59,916 nucleotides of DNA from assembly GCA_903861045.1 (NCBI GenBank), contig CAIOST010000240.1, positions 1 to 59,916 of the forward strand, in the 5' to 3' direction. The notes under the pieces are model-generated. The model saw nothing but the letters and a program-made list of their open reading frames with translations, did not search any database and was not told the DNA's origin. The stretch is from an uncultured bacterium (GTDB lineage Bacteria > Verrucomicrobiota > Kiritimatiellia > RFP12 > CAIWXQ01). A program made the translations under genes and the position numbers. Below, piece by piece: positions 36,720-46,742 of this stretch. Position 1 is the first letter of the stretch. Each line of letters begins with the position of its first letter.

Positions 36720-38212
36720 CTTGTTGTTCGAGGCGTACTAGTGGCCATACGCCCCCAATACCAAACCGTGAGCGGGACCACGTCAACTTCCAGTCGCTTG
36801 GCGGCCAGGTAGTCGCAAAATTGCTGAAAAACTGAGGGTGGCCAATAGTAGGATTCCTCGATGTTGTCGACGCCGTGCAGCACAAAAATTCCCACGCCTT
36901 CGTTGGCAATGGTTTCATCGACCCAACTTGCCGCGGTGTGGAAGGAAACCGCGCGGGATATCCCATAGCAGGGAACTTGATCCAGTGGCTGGGTATCATG
37001 ACCTATGACACCTCTGGCTGCTGTGGTCCTTGCCAACAACACCCCTCTATTTCTCACGGCTGCCAGCGCGGCTGGTGTGGCGTGATACCCCCCTTGAGGG
37101 TAGGCTAGGAAGTACGGCATCTGGTTGCGGGAAAAACCATTGGCGAGCAAAGCGTCCACGCAACCCTGAAGAGCAGTTTCCGCGCTGATCTGAGTCTGGA
37201 GATCCAACTGATTATGATCCATGGTATGATTACTGATATCCCATCCATTGGTATAAAGCGTCCGCAACTCTGCAAGCGTCATAAAGGTAGATGTGCCGAT
37301 CTTATTGGCGCTGACAAACGCCGTACCGGCATAACCGTGGGCCTGCATGATCGGAAACGCGTTTGCTATCACGGAGCGATTACCATCGTCAAAGGTCAGC
37401 ACGATCATGGGTCTGGCGCGCCCCCCCCTGGCGCAAATCAAGGCATCATACCAAACCGTGCCGAACTGATTGGTCTCCCACTCAGCTCTAATCCCGACGT
37501 ATTGCATGCGGTTGGTGAGGGAACCCCCGCCGTATTCGGCAAAACGTTGCCTGTTGAGTAAAATGCAACTCCATTGATTGGTGGGCGGGTACCATAGCGT
37601 GGCCGCCACGTAGCCCGTTGCGGGGGTGCTGTAACCAAAGGAGACGTCGATCCTCTTCACGGGATCACCATCTGAGCGCAGCCAAAGACCGACCGACCGT
37701 ATGGTCGCAAAGTCACAATCAATGGCGCGCTGTATCCTGGCAACATTGGTGGAATTGAGGACGCGCAGGGCATACGCACCCGTCACATGCGTACTGTCAT
37801 CACGGCTCAAGGCGCCACCTGTAATGCTCCACGTGCTGGTCGTCTCGAAATCATCAAGCGTTGTGACGGACTGAGTTGCCAACACATAGTGCGGATACAG
37901 CCATGCGCTAGCCTTGTAAAATCGTGACGGTACCAAGCCCATCACCGCATCGATTGCCGGCGTAACACGATTACCGGCCTGTATGTCGGTTATCCATTGC
38001 CAGTTTACCAGATTGGAGGATGCGTCGATTTGGTGTACCACGCCCGACGCGCCCGTTATTGAAAGTTCACAATACTCCTTTGCCCCCTGCATACTCAGTT
38101 TTGCGCTGAGACGAGCCACGGCGCTGTTCGTACCGGACTCCTGGGCATGCAGCAGTCCGAGACCAAACGTCCCCCCTAAGAGCAAAACCATGCCTAACTC
38201 GACCGGTTTCAT
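36716..38212 (-). CDS. secreted multidomain polysaccharide deacetylase
   Basis: Signal peptide, PVC-type small domain (ASSNLVNW...RFYK), CBM-like beta domain, LTFDDG, SNHTMDH, AYPQG. Confidence 0.8.
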   Translation of the reverse strand: MKPVELGMVLLLGGTFGLGLLHAQESGTNSAVARLSAKLSMQGAKEYCELSITGASGVVHQIDASSNLVNWQWITDIQAGNRVTPAIDAVMGLVPSRFYKASAWLYPHYVLATQSVTTLDDFETTSTWSITGGALSRDDSTHVTGAYALRVLNSTNVARIQRAIDCDFATIRSVGLWLRSDGDPVKRIDVSFGYSTPATGYVAATLWYPPTNQWSCILLNRQRFAEYGGGSLTNRMQYVGIRAEWETNQFGTVWYDALICARGGRARPMIVLTFDDGNRSVIANAFPIMQAHGYAGTAFVSANKIGTSTFMTLAELRTLYTNGWDISNHTMDHNQLDLQTQISAETALQGCVDALLANGFSRNQMPYFLAYPQGGYHATPAALAAVRNRGVLLARTTAARGVIGHDTQPLDQVPCYGISRAVSFHTAASWVDETIANEGVGIFVLHGVDNIEESYYWPPSVFQQFCDYLAAKRLEVDVVPLTVWYWGRMATSTPRTTR

Positions 38213-38232
38213 GAGATATGTCCCGTCCCAAG

Positions 38233-39726
38233 CTATTTCGTTCTACGCGGCGTATTGGTCTCCATACGCCCCCAATACCAAACCGTGAGTGGCACCACGT
38301 CAACTTCCTGTCTTTTGGCGTCCAGGTAGTCACAGAATTGTTGAAAGACGGCGGTCGGCCAATAGTAGGATTCTTCGAGGTTGTCGACACCGTGCAGTTG
38401 AAATATTCCCAGTCCTTCGTTGGCAATGGTTTCGTCAACCCAGCTTTTCGCCGTGGCGAAGGAAACCGCATTAGATATGGCATAGCAAGGGACTTGATCC
38501 AGCGGCTGGGTGTCATGGCCTATGACGCCGCCCCGGGCGACCGTTCTGGCCAACAAAACCCCTCTCTTTCTAACGGCGGCAAGTGCCGAAGGGGTGGTGT
38601 GGTACCCCCCCTGGGGGAACGCCAGGAACCAGGGCATCAGGTTGCGTGAGAATCCCTGCTCCAGAAGGGTGTCCACGCAACCTTGAATGGCGTTCTCCGC
38701 GCTGGCCTGTGTTTCGAGATCCAACTGACTATGGTCACGGGTATGATTACTGATATCCCAGCCATTGGTATACAGAGTCCGGAGTTCTGCCAGCGTCATG
38801 TAGGTTGAAGTTCCGATCTTATCGGTGATCACAAATGCCGTGCCTGCAAAACCATGGGCCTTCATAATCGGAAACGCGTTGGATATCACGGAACGATTGC
38901 CGTCGTCAAAGGCCAGTACGATCATGGGTCTTGAGCGTCCCCCCCTGGAGAACACCAAGTCATCATACCAAACCGTACCAGCTTGATTCGTTTCCCATTC
39001 GGCGCGGATACCCACGTATTGCATGCGATTGGTGAGAGAACCCCCGCCGTATTCCGAAAATCGCTGCCGGTTGAGGGAGATGTAGTTCCATTGATTGGTG
39101 GGCGGATACCATAGCGTGGCCGCCACGTAACCGGCGACGGGCGTGCTGTAACCAAAAGAAATGTCGAGCCGCTTCATGGGATCACCCTCGGAGCGTACCC
39201 AAAGACCGACGGACCGTACGGTCGCAAAGTCACAATCAATTATTTTCAGTATCTTGGCAACATTGGTGGAATTCAGGACGCGCAGGGCATACGCCCCCGT
39301 CACATGCGTACTGTCATCCAGGCTCAAGGTGCCGCCTGTAATACTCAACAGGTTGGTGGTCTCGAAATCCGCCAGCCTGGTGACCTCCTGCGTAGCCAAC
39401 TCATATTGAGGATATAGCCACGCGGTAGGCTTATAAAAGCGCGACGCGGCCTTGCCCATTAGTTGATCGATTTCTGGCGTTAAATTGTTTCCGGCCTGGA
39501 TGTCGGCCACCCAGCTCCAGTCGACCAGATTTGAGGATGCTTCGATCTGATGTACCACGCCCGATGCGCCCGTTACCGACAGCACGAAATGATCCGTTTC
39601 GGCATGTAGGCCCAGCTTCGCGCCCAAACGAGCCAAGGCGGTATTCGTGACCATTTCCTGACCGTGCAAGACGAAAGCTTGCGTGGCAACCAGAAACAAG
39701 GCAATGCATAGTTTGTGCGGTCTCAT
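38233..39726 (-). CDS. secreted multidomain polysaccharide deacetylase (tandem paralog)
   Basis: Same architecture as 36716-38212; LAFDDG, SNHTRDH; start moved to MRPHKL. Confidence 0.8.
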   Translation of the reverse strand: MRPHKLCIALFLVATQAFVLHGQEMVTNTALARLGAKLGLHAETDHFVLSVTGASGVVHQIEASSNLVDWSWVADIQAGNNLTPEIDQLMGKAASRFYKPTAWLYPQYELATQEVTRLADFETTNLLSITGGTLSLDDSTHVTGAYALRVLNSTNVAKILKIIDCDFATVRSVGLWVRSEGDPMKRLDISFGYSTPVAGYVAATLWYPPTNQWNYISLNRQRFSEYGGGSLTNRMQYVGIRAEWETNQAGTVWYDDLVFSRGGRSRPMIVLAFDDGNRSVISNAFPIMKAHGFAGTAFVITDKIGTSTYMTLAELRTLYTNGWDISNHTRDHSQLDLETQASAENAIQGCVDTLLEQGFSRNLMPWFLAFPQGGYHTTPSALAAVRKRGVLLARTVARGGVIGHDTQPLDQVPCYAISNAVSFATAKSWVDETIANEGLGIFQLHGVDNLEESYYWPTAVFQQFCDYLDAKRQEVDVVPLTVWYWGRMETNTPRRTK

Positions 39727-39829
39727 AAGCCCCCCCCTTTGATATGGCATTGCGCCACTTTTTCGTGACTCTGTCTGGAACTCATTGATACAACATCTAT
39801 CTCGCCATGGCCTCGCCACACGAAAGCCG

Positions 39830-39845
39830 TGCTTCCAACATGCCA
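39830..39845 (-). promoter_or_regulatory. possible internal sigma-54 promoter
   Basis: Minus strand TGGCATGTTGGAAGCA = GG-N10-GC in the intergenic gap ~100 bp upstream of the deacetylase pair. Confidence 0.4.
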
Positions 39846-39869
39846 GCCCGTAAGCCGCCCAACCAACTG

Positions 39870-42017
39870 CTACCGTTCGACCAGGCGCGTCACCAAATCC
39901 AAATATTCCTGCCGCTTGCTCACCCAGTTATGGCAGGTCACGTAGTGGAGGCCGCGTTCAATCAGAGTTTCGCGGAACGGCACGTCCGTGACAGCGCGCA
40001 ACATGCCTGCGGCCAGCTCGTCAACATCCCCGGAGGTAAAAAAGTGGACCTCACCCCCCTTGAAGTAATACTGATCAATCGACGTACGGGAGGCCAACAC
40101 AGGTACCCCCTGCGACATGAACTCCATAATTTTGGTGCTATAGGCTTCATTCCCGAAGCCATCCGCCCGTTTCGGCACGATCCCCAGATCCGCATCCGCC
40201 ATAACCTGTGGCACTTGTTGAAATGGAACCGCGGGGTACATGAAAATGCGTGACTCCATCTGTAAGGATTGAATCAGACGCTGTAACGGCTCCTTCTCAT
40301 CGCCTTCGCCATAAATGTGAAACTCAGCCTGGGGTGCGCGCGCTGCGATCTGTGCGAAAGCCTGCACGGCAATATCTACGCCCTGATGCCATTGCAACCC
40401 ACCCGGATAAACAACAATAAAGCGCTTGTCCTGCCGGGTACGGGTATGTCGATAGAAGATATCTAGATCTACGTTATTTAACACCACACTACTCTTTTCC
40501 GGTGATACGGAGCGTTTTTTTAAAGTCTCCCACCAGAGGTGATTGGCGATGATGACGTGGTCGGCAAAGCGGGCCGAGAGCCGCTCCAGCCAGCGCAAGC
40601 AACCATACGCGTACGCACCGTGTCGGCCACGAAACTTACTCAGATAAAACTCCGGCACGAGATCGTGAATATCCAGGATCACCCGCGCACCCTGCCGTTT
40701 CTGTCGCCAGGCCGCAAAAACGGCAAAATCAGGAACCGAATGCACATGGATCAAGTCAAAGGGGCGTTGCGCGTGCTTCTGAGCCAGCACCCGCGCGGCA
40801 TGGCACAAGAAGCGTAACATGCGATAGAGGTAGGAAAATGCCCCTTTTTCATTACGCGTCCGGGTTTGTAGTCGGCTCACCGTTACACCGCTCAAGACAC
40901 CTCCCGGGGGTTGTCCCGGGCGACTGAGCGAAATGGCTTCCACCTGATGCCCTTCCTTGACCAGCGTTTCGGCGTAGCGTCGGATGCGATTATCATAATC
41001 GTAAAACGAATACGCCAGCATGCAGATACGGCGGGGAATGCCATGGCGCACACGCTCGGGATGCTCGTGACAGAACGCGGCCACCTCACGCGGCAGCGCA
41101 TGCCAGTATTGTCCGGTATACCGGGCACGAACATCGGCCAGGAAAATTTCATATAGCCGCAGGGGGTACTCGTCGACGGCCTGTCGGGGTCCTGCTTGCA
41201 TATAGTCGGGGTGCGTATTGAGCAGGGCCATACCCCCTTGGGCTACGATCCAGTCCAGCTTGGTCTGCCACACCCCGGTAGTGGTTTCGCCGAGCAGCAC
41301 GAAGAGATTATGATCCTGTGGCAACGTGTACGGCAGTTCCACCATTGGAGCAGGCTCACGAGGCGGCAGACCTTCGCCGGGCACACCTTCTGGTACCGGC
41401 GGCGTCCCGGAGCGGTCATTCAGAAAAAACGGGAAGATCGTACCCATGCCATCCGGCTGCAGTTCAAACGGGTCGGTATCGAAGGCTGAGGCGTCATATT
41501 CCAGCTTGAGACCGTCGCGAATCCAGGCCAGGTTGCTGATCATATACGGCGCACGAAAGCCCACCGCGCCCCATTCCTGAAGGTAGCGATTGATCGTCTG
41601 CGCTTGACGCGTGAATTCAGCTTTAGACTGGAAGAGGGAAAGGTCATGGCGCAGACCATGGATGCCGACTTCAAAGCCGCGCGCCATCATCTCCGCACGC
41701 AAATCGGCAGGGACGTGATACCGTTCCGGCACGAAATTAAATACAGAGCGGCAACCATACTGCTCTTCCACGTCCATGATCGCTCGGCAACGATCCAAGC
41801 CGCGCTGCGTTTCCACATCGTGCGTCAGTATCAAGGCGAACTTCTTGCCCTCCGGCCACCCGCGCCAGCCCGGCGGCGGACGCCCGGCGGTCGGCAGAAT
41901 AGGCCAAACATCTGCGACCTGACGCCGTTTGCGACGCGCGACAATCTGCCGCAAGCGAATCTGCCAGGAACGCGGCATGACATTCTTGAGGTAATAATAG
42001 CATGAGATATTGCGCAT
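39870..42017 (-). CDS. fusion of polysaccharide deacetylase-like domain and GT4 glycosyltransferase
   Basis: N-half WPEGKKFALILTHDVE, HGLRH, GFRAP, ELPYTLPQD; C-half HVHSVPDF, LDIHDLVPE, STKIMEFMSQG. Confidence 0.82.
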   Translation of the reverse strand: MRNISCYYYLKNVMPRSWQIRLRQIVARRKRRQVADVWPILPTAGRPPPGWRGWPEGKKFALILTHDVETQRGLDRCRAIMDVEEQYGCRSVFNFVPERYHVPADLRAEMMARGFEVGIHGLRHDLSLFQSKAEFTRQAQTINRYLQEWGAVGFRAPYMISNLAWIRDGLKLEYDASAFDTDPFELQPDGMGTIFPFFLNDRSGTPPVPEGVPGEGLPPREPAPMVELPYTLPQDHNLFVLLGETTTGVWQTKLDWIVAQGGMALLNTHPDYMQAGPRQAVDEYPLRLYEIFLADVRARYTGQYWHALPREVAAFCHEHPERVRHGIPRRICMLAYSFYDYDNRIRRYAETLVKEGHQVEAISLSRPGQPPGGVLSGVTVSRLQTRTRNEKGAFSYLYRMLRFLCHAARVLAQKHAQRPFDLIHVHSVPDFAVFAAWRQKRQGARVILDIHDLVPEFYLSKFRGRHGAYAYGCLRWLERLSARFADHVIIANHLWWETLKKRSVSPEKSSVVLNNVDLDIFYRHTRTRQDKRFIVVYPGGLQWHQGVDIAVQAFAQIAARAPQAEFHIYGEGDEKEPLQRLIQSLQMESRIFMYPAVPFQQVPQVMADADLGIVPKRADGFGNEAYSTKIMEFMSQGVPVLASRTSIDQYYFKGGEVHFFTSGDVDELAAGMLRAVTDVPFRETLIERGLHYVTCHNWVSKRQEYLDLVTRLVER

Positions 42018-42049
42018 GGGCGTTAACTCCGATGGGACAGCTTAGGCGT

Positions 42050-44386
42050 TCAGAGTTGTTGGCAGAGCCAATTCGGCACGTATTTGCGGCGCTTGTTCAG
42101 GATACAACCGAAAACCGTGGCATCCGATTGGATTAACCACTTGTGTACAATCCCGGCCACGTTACGCGTGATCGTTTCGGCCGGCACCACCACCAGCAGG
42201 CCGGCATGCAGCCAAGCCACGCGCAGGGTCAAGCCGGTCTCGGTCACGGGCGGCAGATCCACGATCACAAAAGGCGCCGGTCCCTCACGCAACTGGTTAA
42301 TGATCGCCGCGAAAGCCTGATTGCGCCCCGCGTAGTCCGGCAACCAACCCGCCAAAGGACGCCGCAGCGCCAACGCACGCTGCGGGGGGCTGGCGGGTGC
42401 CTGGGATGATTGCGGTGCCGTGGCCGTCTCGGACAGCAATTTTGGTTCTTGTGAAGCAGCCGCGGTTTCTTCCTCTTTTCTAGCAGCGGTGGCCAGGGCG
42501 AAGACATCCAACAGCTCAAACTGCCCCTGCGCGTCCACGGCATAGCAGACCGGCATCACGGCCTCCGTGCTGGCATCGACCAGCGCGATCTTCACACCGG
42601 CCTCACGCGCCAACGCCGCGGCCAGTTCGTTTGCGATCGTGCTACAACCGGCGCCATGGGCGCAACTCGTGATTCCCAACACATAGGGGTTCGGCGCGCC
42701 CGCAAAGGTGATCTGCCGCAGGAAATGATCTCGCACCGAATCGAACAACTCGCGCACCGCATCGTCTGAGACAGGCAGGGAGTGCGCCTTGGGCAGGCGC
42801 GCATGCGCGACCGACTTGGCAGGGGGTGCGGCAGGGTTGACCACCGTCCCTCCACTCGTTGCCACGGCCGTGCCGACGTTGCCGCCGCGCGACCGGCCGT
42901 GCAGGCCCATGATGACCGGCAGGGTCATGACAAATGGCTTTTGAAAAAGGCTGCCCAGTTCCGCCGCCCGTCGGATGGTTGTGTCAAAAACAAACTCCTG
43001 CGCCAGCGCCGGCACCAAGCCCAGGGCAAGGCCGAGCAGGAGCGCCAGGATCATCTTCTTGGGGAGGTTCGGCCGCGTCGGCGCGGCCGGCAACGTAGCG
43101 GGCTGGACAATATTGATATTCGTGATTTTGCCCGCGTTCAGCGCTTCGTCCACGCGGGCATGCTCCAAGCTCTGGCAAAAATAGCGGTAGTTGGCCTCCT
43201 GCAGATCTTTGTTGCGCTGCAACTGTACAATACGAGCCTCTACGGCATCCACCTTACTGGCATCGGCCTGCACGCGTTGCAAGATCTCCTTCTGGTTCAA
43301 AATGCGGGCCTGCAAAGCTGCCATATTGGCCCGCTCTTCGCGCACTTCCGGCGACGTGTTGGTAGCCGCCGCCGCGACACTCGGGGAGGATAACGGGGGC
43401 ACGCTGGCCGCGGCCAATTCCTCTTCCTGCAGGAGGCGCTGGAGTTCGACGATCTGTTTACGCACATTCGTTACCGGGATGCTGTCCGCCATATAGGCGA
43501 GCAACAGTTCCGACTCGCGCTTCTGTAAGCCGGCCAGGCTGATCCGCAACTCCAAAATCCGCGCCCGCTCGCTGGTCGCGGCGCCAACCGTGGCAAGCGG
43601 CGGCGTAGGGGTTGTAACGGTAACCGTTTGGAGTACCCCGGCGCGCGCTTTGGACGCGGCCAAGGCCGTTTCCAACTCGTCCAAACCACGGGTCACCTCT
43701 TTGATCCGCTCCGAGACATTCTTCTTTGTATCCTCGATCGAGACAATCCCTTCATCATGCTTGACTTTACGCAGGTCTTCTTCGGTCTCCATCAGCCGGG
43801 CGCGCAGCTCCTCCGTCTGTTTCTGCAAGAACTCATACGCCCCGCTGGCGCGGTGCAATTCGACATGCTTTTGGAGATATAATTCGGTCAGACGCCTCAG
43901 GAACTCCTGGGCTACGGCAGGGCTGGCGTGGGCGTAGCGAATCTTGATGATATTGCTATTCTTGGGCGCGTCGATCTGGATGTTGGACATGACACGCTCC
44001 GCGATCAAGACACGATTGATATTGTTTGAGGCATCCCCCACGAATTGATTATCCCCCATCACATCAATGACTTTCTCTACTAAACCACGGCTGGCAAGAA
44101 TAGCAATCTCGGAATTGATCACGTTCTCACCGCCGCGTCCCGGCGCCGTAATGCGCTCCCCGGTAGCCATCTGTTCGAGGATGGATGAGTCGGAAACATA
44201 GCGGACCATGAGCGTCGCTTCCGACTCATAGCCCGCGGGATTGACAACATACACCCCGACGGTGGCAAGAAGGCCCACCAACAGGCCACCCAAGACCATC
44301 GCCTTATGCCGAAAGAAGAGGTAGTAGATGTCCCCGATTGCCATGGTGCTGGGAGGTACCAAAGTGGGTTTGACGGATTCACTCAT
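42050..44386 (-). CDS. wzc: polysaccharide co-polymerase (Wzc/GumC-like) with degenerate kinase domain
   Basis: Two TMs flanking coiled coil, NSEIAIL.S, NINIVQPATLP..P..P; C-terminal P-loop GAGCST, VIVDLPP; start moved to MSESVKP. Confidence 0.8.
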   Translation of the reverse strand: MSESVKPTLVPPSTMAIGDIYYLFFRHKAMVLGGLLVGLLATVGVYVVNPAGYESEATLMVRYVSDSSILEQMATGERITAPGRGGENVINSEIAILASRGLVEKVIDVMGDNQFVGDASNNINRVLIAERVMSNIQIDAPKNSNIIKIRYAHASPAVAQEFLRRLTELYLQKHVELHRASGAYEFLQKQTEELRARLMETEEDLRKVKHDEGIVSIEDTKKNVSERIKEVTRGLDELETALAASKARAGVLQTVTVTTPTPPLATVGAATSERARILELRISLAGLQKRESELLLAYMADSIPVTNVRKQIVELQRLLQEEELAAASVPPLSSPSVAAAATNTSPEVREERANMAALQARILNQKEILQRVQADASKVDAVEARIVQLQRNKDLQEANYRYFCQSLEHARVDEALNAGKITNINIVQPATLPAAPTRPNLPKKMILALLLGLALGLVPALAQEFVFDTTIRRAAELGSLFQKPFVMTLPVIMGLHGRSRGGNVGTAVATSGGTVVNPAAPPAKSVAHARLPKAHSLPVSDDAVRELFDSVRDHFLRQITFAGAPNPYVLGITSCAHGAGCSTIANELAAALAREAGVKIALVDASTEAVMPVCYAVDAQGQFELLDVFALATAARKEEETAAASQEPKLLSETATAPQSSQAPASPPQRALALRRPLAGWLPDYAGRNQAFAAIINQLREGPAPFVIVDLPPVTETGLTLRVAWLHAGLLVVVPAETITRNVAGIVHKWLIQSDATVFGCILNKRRKYVPNWLCQQL

Positions 44387-44506
44387 AGGCCTGTTGGACA
44401 CCTTTCGTTGTTTAACGCGGAACGGAAAGATCCTCATACCAAAGAAGCGTCGAACTTGGGCGGACAGTCATCATAATGACCGGAGTCTCATCTCCTTGCG
44501 CGTAAC

Positions 44507-45541
44507 CTAACCGACATGACGATATAGGATCGCGCCAGCGAGGCGGGCCAACGGCAGCGGGAGCAGGTGAAAGAGCGCGTACCCGGCCTCGGGATCGGGG
44601 GTGGTGCGGGTGGCAAACTGCTGTGCCTGCAGATCATAGCGCAGATAACGAACCTCGGTCTCGGCCCCACCCCAGCCCCGCTTAAACCGCCGCAGGCCCT
44701 CCTGCCGCCACGACGTGCGCCCCATAGCCAATTGCATATATCCCAGTCCCGCGAAGTGGCGGATGGCCTCCCACATCAACAGGGTGGGAGCGCGGCGTGC
44801 CTGCTGGCGCTTATCGGAAGCGCCATATTTAAATAAGACCTGTTTGCCATGGCAGCCAAAAACAGCCGCGGCAATGACGTGCCCCTCGTAATGCGCCAGC
44901 GCAACCACCCCCATGCCGCGCGCGAGCATCAGTCGATGTAGATTGGCAAAGAACCGAAAGGGTGGCGGCGGCAAACCATGTCCTCGGCGGGTCTGGCCCA
45001 GCAAGCGGTAGAACTCACGGACGGCCGCCGGCGTGGTCAGAAAGTTGACCGTAACGCCCGCCCTGACTGCCTTGCGGATGGCCGTGCGGACACTACTTGC
45101 CAGACCGACAAACAGCGCCGCTTCGCCGTGCGCGAGATCAAGATCATGCCGCCAATAGCGGGCGAAACACGGAGTTTCCGGGGGAAAACCTGCGCCAGAA
45201 CGCAGCTCGCAATAGCGCCAGCCCCTTCGGTGCCCCATGGCACCGAGCTCGGCCAGCAAAGGCTTCGCCAGGGCCGGCGTCAGTCCACTTGGCGCGCAAT
45301 AGTCGGAAAAGGGCAGCGCCACCCCGCGGCACCCCGTAAGCCGACTGCGCACCCCCATGAGCGGGAGCATCAGCGGCTCGGTGTTGGGATCCTGCGTGGT
45401 CACGTAACAAGGTTCAAAGCCGTACGTGTCGTGCAGCACGCTGGCCCATTCCCGCGTATGAAAGAACGCATCAGCACCCGGCGGAACAAAGCGGGCATTC
45501 CAATCGGCGATCGCCAAAGGATTAACCGAAAGAAAGTTCAT
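44507..45541 (-). CDS. FemAB-related GNAT family protein
   Basis: FFHTREW..VL..TYG, LPFSDY, RTAIRKA, HGLPP.PFRFF, MGRT...GLRRFKRGWG. Confidence 0.82.
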   Translation of the reverse strand: MNFLSVNPLAIADWNARFVPPGADAFFHTREWASVLHDTYGFEPCYVTTQDPNTEPLMLPLMGVRSRLTGCRGVALPFSDYCAPSGLTPALAKPLLAELGAMGHRRGWRYCELRSGAGFPPETPCFARYWRHDLDLAHGEAALFVGLASSVRTAIRKAVRAGVTVNFLTTPAAVREFYRLLGQTRRGHGLPPPPFRFFANLHRLMLARGMGVVALAHYEGHVIAAAVFGCHGKQVLFKYGASDKRQQARRAPTLLMWEAIRHFAGLGYMQLAMGRTSWRQEGLRRFKRGWGGAETEVRYLRYDLQAQQFATRTTPDPEAGYALFHLLPLPLARLAGAILYRHVG

Positions 45542-45591
45542 GGCAAGGGCACAACGAGCAGGCCGCCGGCCGCACCGGCATAGAACGGCGC

Positions 45592-46695
45592 CTAGGAGCG
45601 CGCGGCGTGAATTTCGTCACAGACGTAACGGATCTGCGCCGGTGTCAATTCCGGGAACATGGGGAGCGAGACGTACTCGCGGGCGCACTGTTCGGCCACC
45701 GGGAACGAGCCGGCGGGGATATGGAGCGCGGCATAGGCCTCCTGCCTATGCAACGGCACCGGATAGTGGATGCCACAGGCGATCTCCCTGGCGCCCAACT
45801 GGCGGATGAGTTCATCGCGCGACGACGTGCGAATGGCGTAAATGTGGTAGACATGCTTGGCGTAAGGCGCTTCCCGCGGCAGGCTGATGCCGGGGATTCC
45901 GGTGAGCAGCTCATGGTAGAGCCGGGCGTGCGCGCGGCGGGCTTCGTTGGCCGCATCCAGATGCGGCAGTTTTACGCTGAGGATGGCCCCTTGGATACCA
46001 TCCATGCGGGCATTCCACCCGATCATGGTATGCACGTATTTCTGGGGTTGCCCGTGCTCGCGCAGGATTCTGATCTTGGCGGCGAGAGCTTCGTCGTGCG
46101 TGACCACGGCCCCGGCCTCACCATAGGCACCCAGGTTTTTGCCAGGGTAGAAGCTGAAGCAACCTGCCACGCCCAGCGTTCCCGCCATCTGTCCCTTATA
46201 CTGCGCGCCATGGGCCTGACAGGCGTCTTCGATCACCGGGATACCATGGGGCCGCGCTAGCGCCAGGATGGCATCCATGTCCGCCATCTGCCCAAACAAG
46301 TGTACCGGGATGATGGCCCGGGTGCGCGGCGTGATGGCCTGCTGCAATTTAGCCGGATCCATATTGTACGTTTGCGGGTCCACATCCACAAAGACCGGCG
46401 TGGCGCCGCACAGACTAACCGCCTCGGCCGTCGCGATGAAGGTGTTGGGCACGGTGATGACTTCATCGCCACGACCGATCCCGAGCGCCACCAGGACCAA
46501 CCAGAGCGCATCCGTACCATTCCCCACCCCCACGGCCTGCGGGGCGCCGCAATAGGCAGCAAACTCGGCCTCAAACTTAGCCACAAATGGCCCGCCGGCA
46601 AAAGCGGTCGATTCCAGCACCGCTTCCAAGGCAGTATGAATCGGCTCACGCAGGGTAAGATACTGGGCTTTCAGGTCAAGAAAGGGCACTTTCAT
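45592..46695 (-). CDS. DegT/DnrJ/EryC1/StrS aminotransferase (WbpE-like)
   Basis: MKVPFLDLKAQY, GNGTDAL, PVHLFGQ, EDACQAHGA, SFYPGKNLGAYGEAG. Confidence 0.92.
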   Translation of the reverse strand: MKVPFLDLKAQYLTLREPIHTALEAVLESTAFAGGPFVAKFEAEFAAYCGAPQAVGVGNGTDALWLVLVALGIGRGDEVITVPNTFIATAEAVSLCGATPVFVDVDPQTYNMDPAKLQQAITPRTRAIIPVHLFGQMADMDAILALARPHGIPVIEDACQAHGAQYKGQMAGTLGVAGCFSFYPGKNLGAYGEAGAVVTHDEALAAKIRILREHGQPQKYVHTMIGWNARMDGIQGAILSVKLPHLDAANEARRAHARLYHELLTGIPGISLPREAPYAKHVYHIYAIRTSSRDELIRQLGAREIACGIHYPVPLHRQEAYAALHIPAGSFPVAEQCAREYVSLPMFPELTPAQIRYVCDEIHAARS

Positions 46696-46742
46696 TGGCG
46701 TCTCCTGTTGGGGTGAGTTAACTATTCTACTCTGTGCACGAA

